Under the pieces are notes generated by a model. That model was given only the letters and a program-made list of their open reading frames with translations. It did not search any database and was not told the origin of the DNA. A DNA stretch of 64,000 nt, taken from contig OY776215.1 of NCBI GenBank assembly GCA_963675495.1, positions 2,752,001-2,816,000 on the forward strand, in the 5' to 3' direction. Positions 1 through 10,638 of the stretch are shown here, piece by piece (the first letter of the stretch is position 1; every line of letters starts with the position of its first letter). This DNA is from an uncultured Methanolobus sp. (lineage in GTDB: Archaea > Halobacteriota > Methanosarcinia > Methanosarcinales > Methanosarcinaceae). The translations under genes and the position numbers were made by a program.

Positions 1-1
1 C

Positions 2-1171
2 AGCAAGGAGATGTTCTATGAATCATCTGTTGAGATGGGGGCACTTCTCGGGGCACCATATAACATACTCATTCCTGCACTTGCAGTACTTGGTGGTGTG
101 TTCACATTTGCCTATTCCATCAAACTAATAGACGGTATATTCCTTGGAAAGAGACCCTCAAAAGGCTTGCCAGAGCACATACACGATCCATCCATGATAA
201 TGCTTGCACCTGCGATGTTCCTTGCAGGACTTATAATATTATTCGGACTTGTACCTTCAATACCAGTACATAATTTCATAGATCCAACTGTTTCAGGAAT
301 ACTGCTTGAAGAAACACATCTGCATGTAAAACTGTGGCACGGGTTCACAACATCACTTATGATGACACTTGTTACCTTTGCACTTGGAATACTAACCTAC
401 ACGCAATATGGAAAGATCGCAGAATGGCAGAACAGGTTCAACGCAAGGCATCCATGGATAAGTGTCAATTATTACTATGATGCAGCCGTGGATAATGCAA
501 AGAATGTAACTTCAAAGTTCTCCAACAGGATGCAGCCCGGTCCTATTAAGACTTACGTAATTGCCCTGTTGTTATTGACCATCGCAATGTTTGCGATACC
601 TGCAATATTATTGGCATCAAGCCTGGTACCAGGAAATCTTAATTTCGATATTCCTCTATATGAAGGTATAATTTTCCTTTTTATGATCATAGTAGCACTC
701 GGAGCTGCATTCTTACCAAGATATCTACCTGCGATAATATCCCTTTCCGGCTTAGGCTATCTGGTAGCTCTTTTATTCATATATCTACAGGCTCCGGACC
801 TTGCACTGACACAGGTATTGGTTGAAACACTTTCAACTATAATCTTCCTGCTGGCAATAGCGAAGATCCCACAAAAGTTCAAGGAACATATCTCCGGAAA
901 AACACTTGTTCGGGATCTGCTCATATCCGTGACAGTGGCCTCAATAGTATTCATTATACTGATAAACGCAACTCAGGGAATAGTTCCACCATTTGAATCA
1001 CTTTCGCACTATTTCATTGAGAAGAGTCTTCCGCTTGCAGGCGGACACAATATAGTAAATGTGATTATAGTGGATTTTAGAGGATATGATACTCTTGGAG
1101 AGATATCCGTTCTCTGTCTTGCAGCATTTGGTGTCTATAACCTGATACACAGCAGGGGTGATGATCAGTGA
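2..1171 (+). CDS. mrpA: Mrp Na+/H+ antiporter subunit A, C-terminal part (5' end lies outside the window)
   Basis: Polytopic membrane protein with APDLALTQVLVE and NIVNVIIVDFRGYDTLGE motifs. The frame is open to the window edge and the gene heads an overlapping mrp series. Confidence 0.93.
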   Translation, partial: SKEMFYESSVEMGALLGAPYNILIPALAVLGGVFTFAYSIKLIDGIFLGKRPSKGLPEHIHDPSMIMLAPAMFLAGLIILFGLVPSIPVHNFIDPTVSGILLEETHLHVKLWHGFTTSLMMTLVTFALGILTYTQYGKIAEWQNRFNARHPWISVNYYYDAAVDNAKNVTSKFSNRMQPGPIKTYVIALLLLTIAMFAIPAILLASSLVPGNLNFDIPLYEGIIFLFMIIVALGAAFLPRYLPAIISLSGLGYLVALLFIYLQAPDLALTQVLVETLSTIIFLLAIAKIPQKFKEHISGKTLVRDLLISVTVASIVFIILINATQGIVPPFESLSHYFIEKSLPLAGGHNIVNVIIVDFRGYDTLGEISVLCLAAFGVYNLIHSRGDDQ

Positions 1172-1584
1172 CAACCTTAATAACAAAAACAGTAACAAAG
1201 ATATGTTTGCCTTTGGTCATATTATTTTCAATATCCCTCTTACTTGCAGGACATAACAATCCAGGGGGAGGATTCATAGGCGGTGTTATGTTTGCTTCAG
1301 TGATTGCACTGACATATGTGGCATACGGTCTGGACTACATCAAGTCATTCTTCGATCCTGATTGGGATAACTGGTTTGGATTCGGCTTATTACTGGCTTC
1401 GGTTACAGCATTTGCAGCAATTGCATTCTCACACAACTTCTTCAGAAGTGCTGTAGAATTTATCCACCTGCCATTTTTTGGTGAGGTGGAACTGGTATCT
1501 GCCGGATTGTTCGATATCGGAGTATACTTTGTGGTAATTGGTGGACTGCTTTCCGTTTTCAAAAACGTAGGTGACGATAAATGA
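1168..1584 (+). CDS. mrpB: Mrp antiporter subunit B
   Basis: GHNNPGGGFIGG motif and FDIGVYFVV; overlaps mrpA by 4 nt. Confidence 0.93.
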   Translation: MTTLITKTVTKICLPLVILFSISLLLAGHNNPGGGFIGGVMFASVIALTYVAYGLDYIKSFFDPDWDNWFGFGLLLASVTAFAAIAFSHNFFRSAVEFIHLPFFGEVELVSAGLFDIGVYFVVIGGLLSVFKNVGDDK

Positions 1585-2009
1585 ACAACACACTGCTTTC
1601 TCTCACCATAGCTATACTGTTCGGTATCGGTACATTTCTTATCCTGCGCCGTGACATTGTCAGGGTGATAATTGGACTTGGTGTACTTTCGCATGCTGTA
1701 AACCTCCTGATCGTTTCAACCGGGGTTTTCGCAGGAACAAAAGTACCAATCATTACAGATGACGGTGGGCACGGAGCTGCCGAAGCAACAGGAACTATAT
1801 TTACGGACACATTGTCCCAGGGTATTTTTGCACCTGTACTTGCTGCAGGCAATCATGTGGACTTCGTGGACCCGCTGGTACAGGCACTGGTACTTACAGC
1901 CATTGTCATAAGTCTTGCAACGACTGCATTCATATTGATACTTGCATATCGTATCTACGAGGAATATGGGACAACTGATATCAACGAACTCCGGAGGCTC
2001 TGGGGATGA
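1581..2009 (+). CDS. mrpC: Mrp antiporter subunit C
   Basis: DPLVQALVLTAIVIS motif; three hydrophobic segments. Confidence 0.93.
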   Translation: MNNTLLSLTIAILFGIGTFLILRRDIVRVIIGLGVLSHAVNLLIVSTGVFAGTKVPIITDDGGHGAAEATGTIFTDTLSQGIFAPVLAAGNHVDFVDPLVQALVLTAIVISLATTAFILILAYRIYEEYGTTDINELRRLWG

Positions 2010-3547
2010 TATCACTGGATACTCACTTACCCATCATACTGATAGCCACGCCAATACTGATGGCGTCGCTCATGGTGTTTTTGAGGAAACAATCAGGGAT
2101 CCAGAAGATTCTGAGCGTTTCAGTTTCATTTTTAATGTTCATAGTGAGCATTCTCCTGCTCCTGCAGGTCTGGTCTGGTGGCATACAGGCATATGAAGTA
2201 GGAGAATGGGGAAAATACGGTATCATACTGGTAGCAGACCTGCTCAGCTCCGGTATGGTTGTACTGACATCTTTCGTATCATTCCTGGCACTCGTTTACT
2301 CACTTGATTATATTGAGAAAAAGTCACTAAGTGCATCATATTATCCGCTTTTCAGTTTGCTGGTGGCAGGACTTAATGGTTCTTTCCTTACAGGGGACAT
2401 ATTCAATCTCTTCGTATTCTTTGAGATACTCCTGCTTTCTTCATGCGGACTTGTAATCGCCAATGAGAAAGGTGGAGTTACAAAAAGCTCGGACAAGATG
2501 GAAGCAACCTTCAAGTATCTTGTACTTAACATGGTCAGTTCCATTGTAATGCTCATAGCAGTCGCTTCCCTTTATGCGACAACGGGCACACTGAACATGG
2601 CAGATATCTCTGTGAAGCTCAGTGCAATGAGCGCGGCCGGAACACTTCCTTGGCATGTTTTTGCCATAGCATTGATGTTTGTGGTGGTATTTGGTAACAA
2701 GGCTGCAATATTTCCACTTCACTACTGGCTTCCTGATGTTCACCCCACAGCACCATCACCCATAAGCGCAATGCTTAGTGGTGTATTGATAAAGGTCGGA
2801 GCCTACGGAATGCTCAGGGTCTTTTTCCTTATATTCATCGATACGCTCTACATTTTCAAACCTGTGATGATCTATCTTGCACTTGCTACCATTGTAGTTG
2901 GAGCCATATCAGCCGTTGCACAGACAGATGTCAAGCGCCTGCTGGCATATTCCAGTGTCAGTCAGATAGGTTATGTATTCCTTGGAATTGGTTTTGGTAG
3001 TGTCTACGGGATTACAGCAGCTCTTGTGTATCTTGTGAACCATGCAATTGCAAAGTCAATGTTGTTCCTTACTTCAGGGGGCATAATTCATCATGCAGGC
3101 ACAAGGGACATGAGAAAAATGGGAGGCATGGTCGATAGTGCCCCACTCATGTCAATGATGTTCCTTATAGGTGCAATGTCCATTGCAGGACTTCCTCCAA
3201 TGGGTGGATTCATAGCTAAATTCCAATTGTTTGATGCAGGAATCAGTGAGGGATATTACTTTGAAATTGCAATAGCACTTATATTTGCAGTACTCACTCT
3301 TTTTTACATGTTCAGAGCAATGCTGCTTATGTTCTGGGGTGAAAAGAGGGATGTTAGTGAATATGGGGAATATTCCACACATGGTGCATCTCCATTGATC
3401 GCTCTGCCGATAATCGTTCTTGCACTTGGGGTTGTTGTCTTCGGACTGTACGCAGAACCGCTGATAGCCTTTGCAAGCGCAACAGCAAATCAGATACTTG
3501 ATCCGCAGGCCTATATTGATGCTGTAATGACGAGGGTGGTAAGATGA
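2006..3547 (+). CDS. mrpD: Mrp antiporter subunit D
   Basis: GDIFNLFVFFE, PLHYWLPDVH and KRLLAYSSVSQIGY motifs of the NuoM/N-like antiporter subunit. Confidence 0.94.
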   Translation: MISLDTHLPIILIATPILMASLMVFLRKQSGIQKILSVSVSFLMFIVSILLLLQVWSGGIQAYEVGEWGKYGIILVADLLSSGMVVLTSFVSFLALVYSLDYIEKKSLSASYYPLFSLLVAGLNGSFLTGDIFNLFVFFEILLLSSCGLVIANEKGGVTKSSDKMEATFKYLVLNMVSSIVMLIAVASLYATTGTLNMADISVKLSAMSAAGTLPWHVFAIALMFVVVFGNKAAIFPLHYWLPDVHPTAPSPISAMLSGVLIKVGAYGMLRVFFLIFIDTLYIFKPVMIYLALATIVVGAISAVAQTDVKRLLAYSSVSQIGYVFLGIGFGSVYGITAALVYLVNHAIAKSMLFLTSGGIIHHAGTRDMRKMGGMVDSAPLMSMMFLIGAMSIAGLPPMGGFIAKFQLFDAGISEGYYFEIAIALIFAVLTLFYMFRAMLLMFWGEKRDVSEYGEYSTHGASPLIALPIIVLALGVVVFGLYAEPLIAFASATANQILDPQAYIDAVMTRVVR

Positions 3548-4038
3548 AAAGATACATCGCCTATTCAATTGTACTTGGTCTTGTATGGTGTTTTGTTCAT
3601 GGTACTGTAAGTGTTAATAATTTCGTACTGGGAGTGATAATCGCACCATTCATAATTAGACCATTCAAACCCCTGTTCAATTTTGATACGGATTTTTCCT
3701 TTGGTAAGGCCATACGGAAGATTCCGGCACAGGCTAAATATATGTATGTGCTTATCAAGGAGATACTAAAGGCAAACATCATGGTTGCAAAAATAGTGCT
3801 TCAGCCAAAGATCAACATAAAACCGGGAATTATTGCGGTTCCAATAGATGCTAAGACAGATGTTGGGATAACAGCTATTGCAAACACAATTACTCTTACA
3901 CCAGGTACGTTGACAATTGATGTGTCTGATGACAGGTCCATTCTGTATGTTCACGCAATAGATGCAACAGATCCCGAAGCTGTAGCCCAATCCATACGGG
4001 ATGATCTGGAAAAATACGTATTGGAGGCATTCGAATGA
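3544..4038 (+). CDS. mrpE: Mrp antiporter subunit E
   Basis: ANTITLTPGTLTIDV and LYVHAID motifs. Confidence 0.94.
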   Translation: MKRYIAYSIVLGLVWCFVHGTVSVNNFVLGVIIAPFIIRPFKPLFNFDTDFSFGKAIRKIPAQAKYMYVLIKEILKANIMVAKIVLQPKINIKPGIIAVPIDAKTDVGITAIANTITLTPGTLTIDVSDDRSILYVHAIDATDPEAVAQSIRDDLEKYVLEAFE

Positions 4039-4301
4039 ACTCAATGTTACTTGAATATTCACTGATTTTCATGGTAATTACCATTATACCCTGCATATAC
4101 AGGGTTATCAAAGGACCAACTATTCCTGACAGGGTAGTGGCTCTTGACGCAATGACAACAGTAATTGTGGTGATGCTTGGTATTTACTCGTTTGTAAAAG
4201 GGTCCGCTTTCTTTATGGATGTGGCACTTGTTCTTGCCATCATATCCTTTGTAGGCACAGTTACAGTTGCAAAGTATCTTGATGAAGGGGTGGTATTTTG
4301 A
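4035..4301 (+). CDS. mrpF: Mrp antiporter subunit F
   Basis: GPTIPDRVVALD motif; 88 aa, hydrophobic. Confidence 0.94.
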   Translation: MNSMLLEYSLIFMVITIIPCIYRVIKGPTIPDRVVALDAMTTVIVVMLGIYSFVKGSAFFMDVALVLAIISFVGTVTVAKYLDEGVVF

Positions 4302-4669
4302 GCACAATCTCAATGGTCCTGGAAATACTGAGCAATGTTGTCCTGGTGATCGGTTTATTCTTTGTGTTCTTGGCAATGCTTGGACTTGCACGGCTTCCTG
4401 ATGTATATAACAGGTTGCATGCGACCACAAAGATAGGAACTCTTGGCGCTTTCGGAGTTATGCTTAGTATACTGCTGAAGGTGGGTTTTTCTCCCATAGG
4501 TGTAAAGGCAATTACGGTCGCTCTTTTCATCCTGGTGACCTCACCCATAGCTGCCCACATGATAAGTCGGGCAGCACATCGTCATGGGGTAGGTCTCTGC
4601 AAGGAATCTATAATTGATGAATATGGAAAAGCATGTTCGTCTGCATGTTCGATAAATGAGGATGAGTGA
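4298..4669 (+). CDS. mrpG: Mrp antiporter subunit G
   Basis: RLPDVYNRLHATTK and SPIAAHMISRAA motifs. Confidence 0.94.
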   Translation: MSTISMVLEILSNVVLVIGLFFVFLAMLGLARLPDVYNRLHATTKIGTLGAFGVMLSILLKVGFSPIGVKAITVALFILVTSPIAAHMISRAAHRHGVGLCKESIIDEYGKACSSACSINEDE

Positions 4670-4788
4670 ATACAGTTAACAAGTTCTGGTGTAATGCCAG
4701 AGCAATCCTCTTTTGAGCTGACATTTAGTGCATATGTCCCATATATATATTTTTCCACAAAAACCGAATTCTACTCTCCTGTTATTAA

Positions 4789-4856
4789 GCGTGAGCGGGC
4801 TGGGGAGTGGGGGTTAGTGTGGGAGTGGGGTTAAAAAAACAGACCCGCTCACAGCG
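4789..4856 (-). ncRNA. Candidate small structured RNA (stem closing a C-rich loop on the minus strand; G-tracts on the plus strand)
   Basis: GTGAGCGGG (4791-4799) and CCCGCTCAC (4844-4852) form an inverted repeat enclosing two GGGAGTGGGG repeats. A minus-strand TTATATA lies at ~4876-4882, about 25 nt upstream of the stem. Confidence 0.35.
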
Positions 4857-5101
4857 TGTGTAGATGGAAGTATCCTATATAAGTATTGCTGTCTTATGAG
4901 GACACAGCCTAAGTATATGTCACAATAGGATAAAATACACGATCTGATGTCATAATTGTCATCTTAAATTTATAATGGTTCTGTTATAGTTCAACAAAAA
5001 AACTTATGAGCATTATCGTCCAATATGGCAGCAGTCTATTTAATTGTCTATGGTTAAATCATTTTGAAAACAAAGTCAATTTTTTAATATAATGCCGAAC
5101 T

Positions 5102-6154
5102 ATGAAAAAGAACACAAGAGTATTCCATATAAGTGATAAAACTCATGAGGTCCAAGTGCGTGAGGCAGCCAGTATATTAAGAGCAGGTGGAACTGTTGCT
5201 TTTCCTACTGAAACAGTCTATGGGCTTGGGGCAGATGCACTTAACGAACAGGCTGTAATGCAAATATTTGAAGCAAAAGGCAGACCTGCTGACAACCCTC
5301 TCATAGTTCATGTGGATTCAAAAGAAAGTTGTTTGAAACTTGTCAGAACTGTCCCTGACAAAGCATCAATTCTTATGGAAGTATTCTGGCCTGGTCCCTT
5401 GACTCTTATAATGGAAAGAAAGGAAATAGTTCCTGATGTAACAACAGGAGGTTTGGACACTGTTGCTGTCAGGATTCCTGAAAATAAGATTGCTCTTGAA
5501 CTAATAAAATATGCAGGAATGCCCATAGCTGCACCAAGTGCAAACCTTTCAGGAAAACCAAGTCCCACAACAGCAGAACATGTTTTGTCTGATCTGTCTG
5601 GAAGGATAGATGCACTTATAGATGGGGGAGAAGTTTTCATTGGAGTTGAATCAACCGTCATTGATATGACCTCCGAGATCCCTGCGATACTAAGACCTGG
5701 AAAAATAAGCAAGGAAGAGCTTGAAAAACACATTGGGGAAGTGAAAGTTGCCTATGATGACAAAGTGCATCCGGAAAGTGAAACGGTTCGCTCTCCTGGA
5801 ATGAAATATACACATTATTCTCCGAAGTCAGGTGTTATCCTGGTTGAAGGGAAACATGATGATGTAGTTCCCCGAATAAAAGAACTAATTGATGATTTTA
5901 GTCTGAGGAATGCAAAAACAGGCTTGCTTCTTACAGAAGAATCCAAAAGTGAATTTCCTGCGCATCTGTCATATTCCATGGGTATGAAAGACAAGCCGGA
6001 ACAGGCCGCAAAGCATCTGTTTTTTGGACTCAGGTATCTCGATGAAAGAGACATAGATGTAATAATAGTTGATGGTTCTTTTACCTCCGGTGGAATAGGA
6101 ATGGCTGTTTTTAACAGAGTTCGCAAGGCTGCGGATATGATAATTAAAGTGTAG
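5102..6154 (+). CDS. sua5: Threonylcarbamoyl-AMP synthase Sua5 (YrdC + SUA5 domains)
   Basis: VAFPTETVYGLGA, KGRPADNPLIVH, AAPSANLSGKPSPT and SPGMKYTHYSP motifs. Confidence 0.96.
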   Translation: MKKNTRVFHISDKTHEVQVREAASILRAGGTVAFPTETVYGLGADALNEQAVMQIFEAKGRPADNPLIVHVDSKESCLKLVRTVPDKASILMEVFWPGPLTLIMERKEIVPDVTTGGLDTVAVRIPENKIALELIKYAGMPIAAPSANLSGKPSPTTAEHVLSDLSGRIDALIDGGEVFIGVESTVIDMTSEIPAILRPGKISKEELEKHIGEVKVAYDDKVHPESETVRSPGMKYTHYSPKSGVILVEGKHDDVVPRIKELIDDFSLRNAKTGLLLTEESKSEFPAHLSYSMGMKDKPEQAAKHLFFGLRYLDERDIDVIIVDGSFTSGGIGMAVFNRVRKAADMIIKV

Positions 6155-6161
6155 TGGTTCT

Positions 6162-6389
6162 ATGAATAAGGAAAAGAAGTATAACATGAATAAAAAGCAG
6201 AAGTATATTGGTATAATCCTGCGTAATCGAAAGTTGCTTAAGATCAATGTACTGATCCTCAGTGTCGGTCTTGGATTATCAATTCTTGGACGTGATAATA
6301 TAGGCGAACCAATAATATGGCTGGGCATAATAATATTTGGATACACCACGGTTACCGGCTTTATGGCCAAGAAACAACTGAAACAATGA
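6162..6389 (+). CDS. Small two-TM hypothetical membrane protein
   Basis: 75 aa with a basic N-terminus and two hydrophobic helices; starts 7 nt after sua5. Confidence 0.55.
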   Translation: MNKEKKYNMNKKQKYIGIILRNRKLLKINVLILSVGLGLSILGRDNIGEPIIWLGIIIFGYTTVTGFMAKKQLKQ

Positions 6390-6585
6390 TAACAAATATC
6401 AATTTTCAGTTATGATACATACTAAACAATGTTTCGCACAATAGTTTCTCTAGTGTTTATTTTCTTTAAAGACCAAGTATGGTATGGTGGCAGTACTTTA
6501 TCTCTATTAGTCTAGGATTTTGAGAGATATTTGTTCTTAGTACCACTGCTATCAGGTACCACCAAACAATAAGCAAAGAAGAGAT

Positions 6586-6626
6586 AAGAGACAGGTCTGT
6601 TTTTTCTTACCTGTCTTTTTACTTTT
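6586..6626 (+). terminator. Hairpin plus T-tract, putative terminator
   Basis: AGACAGGT/ACCTGTCT stem followed by TTTTACTTTTT. Confidence 0.4.
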
Positions 6627-7124
6627 TCATATTGATGGTGACTTATGAATTTCTTTATTGTTCAATATTACTGTTTTACTCTTATTTTTAAGATTATATT
6701 TATCCTTGCAGGTTAGATATAAAATAGTTTTCTACATTTTGAGTCTGAAATCTTGCAAAATTAATATTCAGTATAGTATTTACTTACAAGAAAGTTCTAT
6801 AATCAAGATTTTTAATTACTTCTATGATATTGAGCTGAATTTTGATGAAAAAATAATTAGCATTAAAAGCTGTCTAACAAGGACTCATTCTCGTAAAAGT
6901 AACTATAATTAAGAACAATAATACTAAACATTTTTTCCAACGTTAATTCTGTATTTTTGATTCTTATCTTTATATAAGATTCTAATTCATAATATTTTAT
7001 GGGGTTGTCAAAGGGTTATTTTCCCGGACAGCTTAATCCGGTATCATTAGCAGTCCTTGCTTAGACACAGTCTTGTTCGTGGTACCCAACTTAAAAGTAG
7101 TTATATAATAGGAGGATAGGAAAT

Positions 7125-10100
7125 ATGGAGTTAAAAAGCCGGCACAAGCTATTAGTTGTCGCGATTGCCATCCTAATAAGTATGGCAATGGTACAGTCCG
7201 CTTTTGCTGCAGATGTGAATACGATCAGGTTGTATGGTGAAGATAATGTTTCAACACTAAACTTCCCATATACGACGGCTGAAGGACCATTTGATCCACT
7301 AAGTTATGAGGCACCTATTAAGGACTTCATGACATTCAATCCAGCAATTTTGGATGACGGTATTGTGGTCAACCATGCTAACGCTTATGAGAAAGTGTTT
7401 GCAAGGCAATATTTTGTTCCAAACTATAAGGAACCAACAGGCCGTGTGTGGCTTGATGAAGGTGACTTCGTCAGGTACTCAAACGACATTGTTACTGAAT
7501 ACACCTATATGTTTGTTAGCAAAGTAGATCAGCTGCCAATTGAAGGAACCGCAATGGATCCCCAAAACAGTGCATACTGGACCAAGTTCTGGTTCCCAAT
7601 AGCCGATAACGACGATTCACAGATCGGCCTTGACGGTATGGATGCCAATGGAGATGGCATAGATGACATGGTGCATCTGGAAGCAGTCGGGGACTTTGAT
7701 GTTCTGGACAACAATGGCGATGGATATAAGGATGTAAAGATCGCAACGGATTCATTCCAGCTAAGCACATCTGATGCAAGCATGAATACTCTACAGTTCC
7801 TTGACCACATGGTGGTAGTCAAGGATGTAGCAGTCAGTGGCCTTAACGGAAATCCACTTATTACCATAGTTATGGATGTATACTACACAGGTAATGATGA
7901 TCCTGAACTCATACACCAGAACTATCAGGCAAGCATCGTACCAGGTGACTACTTGGTTGCAGGCAGACATGTTGTTGCAGACAGCATGGAACCGGACTTT
8001 GATTATTCATGGTTCTTGAGAGCAGATGCTGCAAGTACTAACTATGTTTACGTAACTGTAGGACGTAGACTCTACCAGGGAGAGACTTTCTTTGTAGATG
8101 GTGCAGAATATGATGTAGCCGCTATCTTTGGAAGTGTCGATGAAGGTGACTGGAGATATGATAATACTGTCAAGTACATAACTATCAGAAACCCAATACC
8201 AGAAGATTATGATGTTGACCTTGGAGATCTTACGGTAGTTAAGGAAAGTGTAAGGGCAAATGAGCTTATTCCAATGCTTCCGCCTTTCAACAAGGACTAC
8301 ACAATGATCGATGATATTGATCTTCCATATCAGTACACAAAACTTGGTCCAGAGGACTACAAGCACACATACACTTGCTATGATGCAGATTTCACATATC
8401 CATTAGTAGGACGCATGCTTGATGCAGAAGCTATGGAGATCTACTTCGTAGATGAAGGATATGAAGAGAGATTTGATACGAACCTGCTGGAAATACTCGA
8501 TGAACATGAAAGATATGAAGATGAAACATATGAAGACTGGCAGTGGCTTGACATTCTGACACTTCCACATCAATACAAGGAATTTGTCTATCCGGAACGT
8601 CCGGATGTTGATGGAAGCTATGCAGACTTCATTTTCACAAGTTCCTTCGAGGCACCATACACAAGGTTCTGTCAGAACCCAAGCTACACCTGCTGGTCAA
8701 TGGAAGGTCTTGACAAGAGACTGATGTTCGAATATGATCAGGAACGTGGTATCGAAGATATCTATGTGAATGAGATCGATGCACAGACCAATGGACTGAG
8801 GCTATATGGTGGATCTGCAGATGTTCCTGACCTGATGGATGCTACATTCCCATATTCAGCAGACAATCCAGAGGGACCATTTGACCCATTGAACGATGAA
8901 GCTCCGCAGATGGACTTCGTAACAATGAACCCTTCACTTCTTACAGGTACCGTTGTCAACAACGCCAATGCCTATGAGAAGGTATTCATCAGACAGTGGT
9001 TCGATCCTGACTACCATGAGCCTGCAGGTGATGTCTGGCTTGATGAGTCATATGATTACGACAGAGTATCTGATGACGTAGTTACTGAGTACACTTACAT
9101 GCTCCTCAGCAAGGATGAATATGGGTACTACATGCCAATTGAAGGTACTGCACTTGACCCACAGGATGCAGATTTCATACTCGATCATGTCGCAACCGGT
9201 GCACACTGGACTAAGTTCTGGTTCCCTGTCGCTGACAATGATGATGCCCAGATAGGTATCGATGGTATGGATGTCAATGGTGATGGCCTTGATGATATGA
9301 CCGTTCTCAAATCAGTTGCTGACTTTAATGATGATGGTCGTGCAGATATAGCAATTTCATCAGAATCATTCCAACTCCAGACCGGAGTACAGAATGCAAA
9401 TGGCAATTCCGACATACAATTCCTTGATCACAGGGTAGTTGTAAAGGACGTTGCTCTTGCCGGTGCAAACTCAAACCCATTGATCTCACTGACAATGGAT
9501 ATCTACTACACTGGTAATGATGAGGATGAGCTTATCGAGCAGAACTATCAGGCAAGCATAGTTCCAGGAGGAGCGGTCTGCGCAGGAAGACACTTCGCAA
9601 TTGTCAACCATCCAGGAATCTTTGATTACCCATGGTTCATTACTGCTGATGCAGCAAGTGATAATTACGTCTACGTAACAGTCGGACGTATACTGCACAC
9701 CGGAGAGACCTTCTTCGTAGATGGAGCAGAATACGATGTTGCTATGATATATGGCAGTACCTTTGAAGATGGAGATGATGGTGGCGTAAACTCCACAGTT
9801 GTCAACACTTTCAAGTACATAACCATCAGAAACCCAATACCTGAAGAGAATGAGGTTGATCTTGGAGACCTGACAATAGTCAAGGAACCAGTACAGCCAA
9901 TGGAAACTATTCCACTGCTTCCACCATTCAATGGTGACTACAGGTTCATTGATGACATAGATGTCGATCTATATGATGCATACGAGACATGTTATTACGA
10001 TGACGATACACCTATCGGAAGTCGTATTTCACCGGTGCATCCAGCACTTGATATCTACTACACAACTGCACCTGAGGTAGAGGACAGATTCCACAGCAAC

Positions 10101-10613
10101 ATCTTTGAGCTACTCTGTGAGGGTACTGTTCTTGCAGCAGCAGATGAGATCGATCAGTATCCTGTTTGGGAATCCTGGAAGTGGCTACACATCCGCACAC
10201 TCCCTGACGAGTACAAGGAATTTGTCTATCCGGATGTATGGGACTACTATGGACTTGGTGACTATCTGGTTACCAGCTCATTCACTGCTCCAAACTCGGA
10301 ACTTTGCTATGAGGACTTCAAGGAGGAATACCGCAGTTCAGATGTCCAGAGACTCATGTTCTACCATGACCCTGCAAACGGTGTTGGTCTGTACATGAAC
10401 CAGGCAGATGGTGTAGTGTTCACAGGTGCTGATGGAACAAAGGGCGATTTCAACGATGATGGAGTCATTGATCTGAAGGACCTCTCAGCCTTTGCACTGG
10501 CCTATAATTCAAGTTCAAGCGATGCAAACTATGATGCATGTGCTGACTTCAATGACGATGGACTGGTTGACCTGAAAGATCTCTCTGCCTTTGCACTTGT
10601 GTACAACAAGTGA
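7125..10613 (+). CDS. Large secreted acidic cell-surface protein with an internal tandem duplication and a C-terminal dockerin domain
   Basis: RBS AGGAGG and a signal peptide (…QSAFA). Two ~520-aa homologous halves. The C-terminus GDFNDDGVIDLKDLSAF…ADFNDDGLVDLKDLSAF is the duplicated Ca-loop/helix pattern of a dockerin. Confidence 0.85.
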   Translation: MELKSRHKLLVVAIAILISMAMVQSAFAADVNTIRLYGEDNVSTLNFPYTTAEGPFDPLSYEAPIKDFMTFNPAILDDGIVVNHANAYEKVFARQYFVPNYKEPTGRVWLDEGDFVRYSNDIVTEYTYMFVSKVDQLPIEGTAMDPQNSAYWTKFWFPIADNDDSQIGLDGMDANGDGIDDMVHLEAVGDFDVLDNNGDGYKDVKIATDSFQLSTSDASMNTLQFLDHMVVVKDVAVSGLNGNPLITIVMDVYYTGNDDPELIHQNYQASIVPGDYLVAGRHVVADSMEPDFDYSWFLRADAASTNYVYVTVGRRLYQGETFFVDGAEYDVAAIFGSVDEGDWRYDNTVKYITIRNPIPEDYDVDLGDLTVVKESVRANELIPMLPPFNKDYTMIDDIDLPYQYTKLGPEDYKHTYTCYDADFTYPLVGRMLDAEAMEIYFVDEGYEERFDTNLLEILDEHERYEDETYEDWQWLDILTLPHQYKEFVYPERPDVDGSYADFIFTSSFEAPYTRFCQNPSYTCWSMEGLDKRLMFEYDQERGIEDIYVNEIDAQTNGLRLYGGSADVPDLMDATFPYSADNPEGPFDPLNDEAPQMDFVTMNPSLLTGTVVNNANAYEKVFIRQWFDPDYHEPAGDVWLDESYDYDRVSDDVVTEYTYMLLSKDEYGYYMPIEGTALDPQDADFILDHVATGAHWTKFWFPVADNDDAQIGIDGMDVNGDGLDDMTVLKSVADFNDDGRADIAISSESFQLQTGVQNANGNSDIQFLDHRVVVKDVALAGANSNPLISLTMDIYYTGNDEDELIEQNYQASIVPGGAVCAGRHFAIVNHPGIFDYPWFITADAASDNYVYVTVGRILHTGETFFVDGAEYDVAMIYGSTFEDGDDGGVNSTVVNTFKYITIRNPIPEENEVDLGDLTIVKEPVQPMETIPLLPPFNGDYRFIDDIDVDLYDAYETCYYDDDTPIGSRISPVHPALDIYYTTAPEVEDRFHSNIFELLCEGTVLAAADEIDQYPVWESWKWLHIRTLPDEYKEFVYPDVWDYYGLGDYLVTSSFTAPNSELCYEDFKEEYRSSDVQRLMFYHDPANGVGLYMNQADGVVFTGADGTKGDFNDDGVIDLKDLSAFALAYNSSSSDANYDACADFNDDGLVDLKDLSAFALVYNK

Positions 10614-10638
10614 AAAGAGGCGCTTAGAAGGTGAAAAC

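Noticed and set aside
6658-6912. 84-aa ORF upstream of the dockerin gene
   Set aside because: Very AT-rich with no RBS or recognisable motif; more likely promoter/intergenic DNA.
7221-10400. Long internal repeat as an assembly artefact or CRISPR-like array
   Set aside because: The copies are diverged at synonymous sites and by indels and lie within one open frame. There is no repeat-spacer periodicity.
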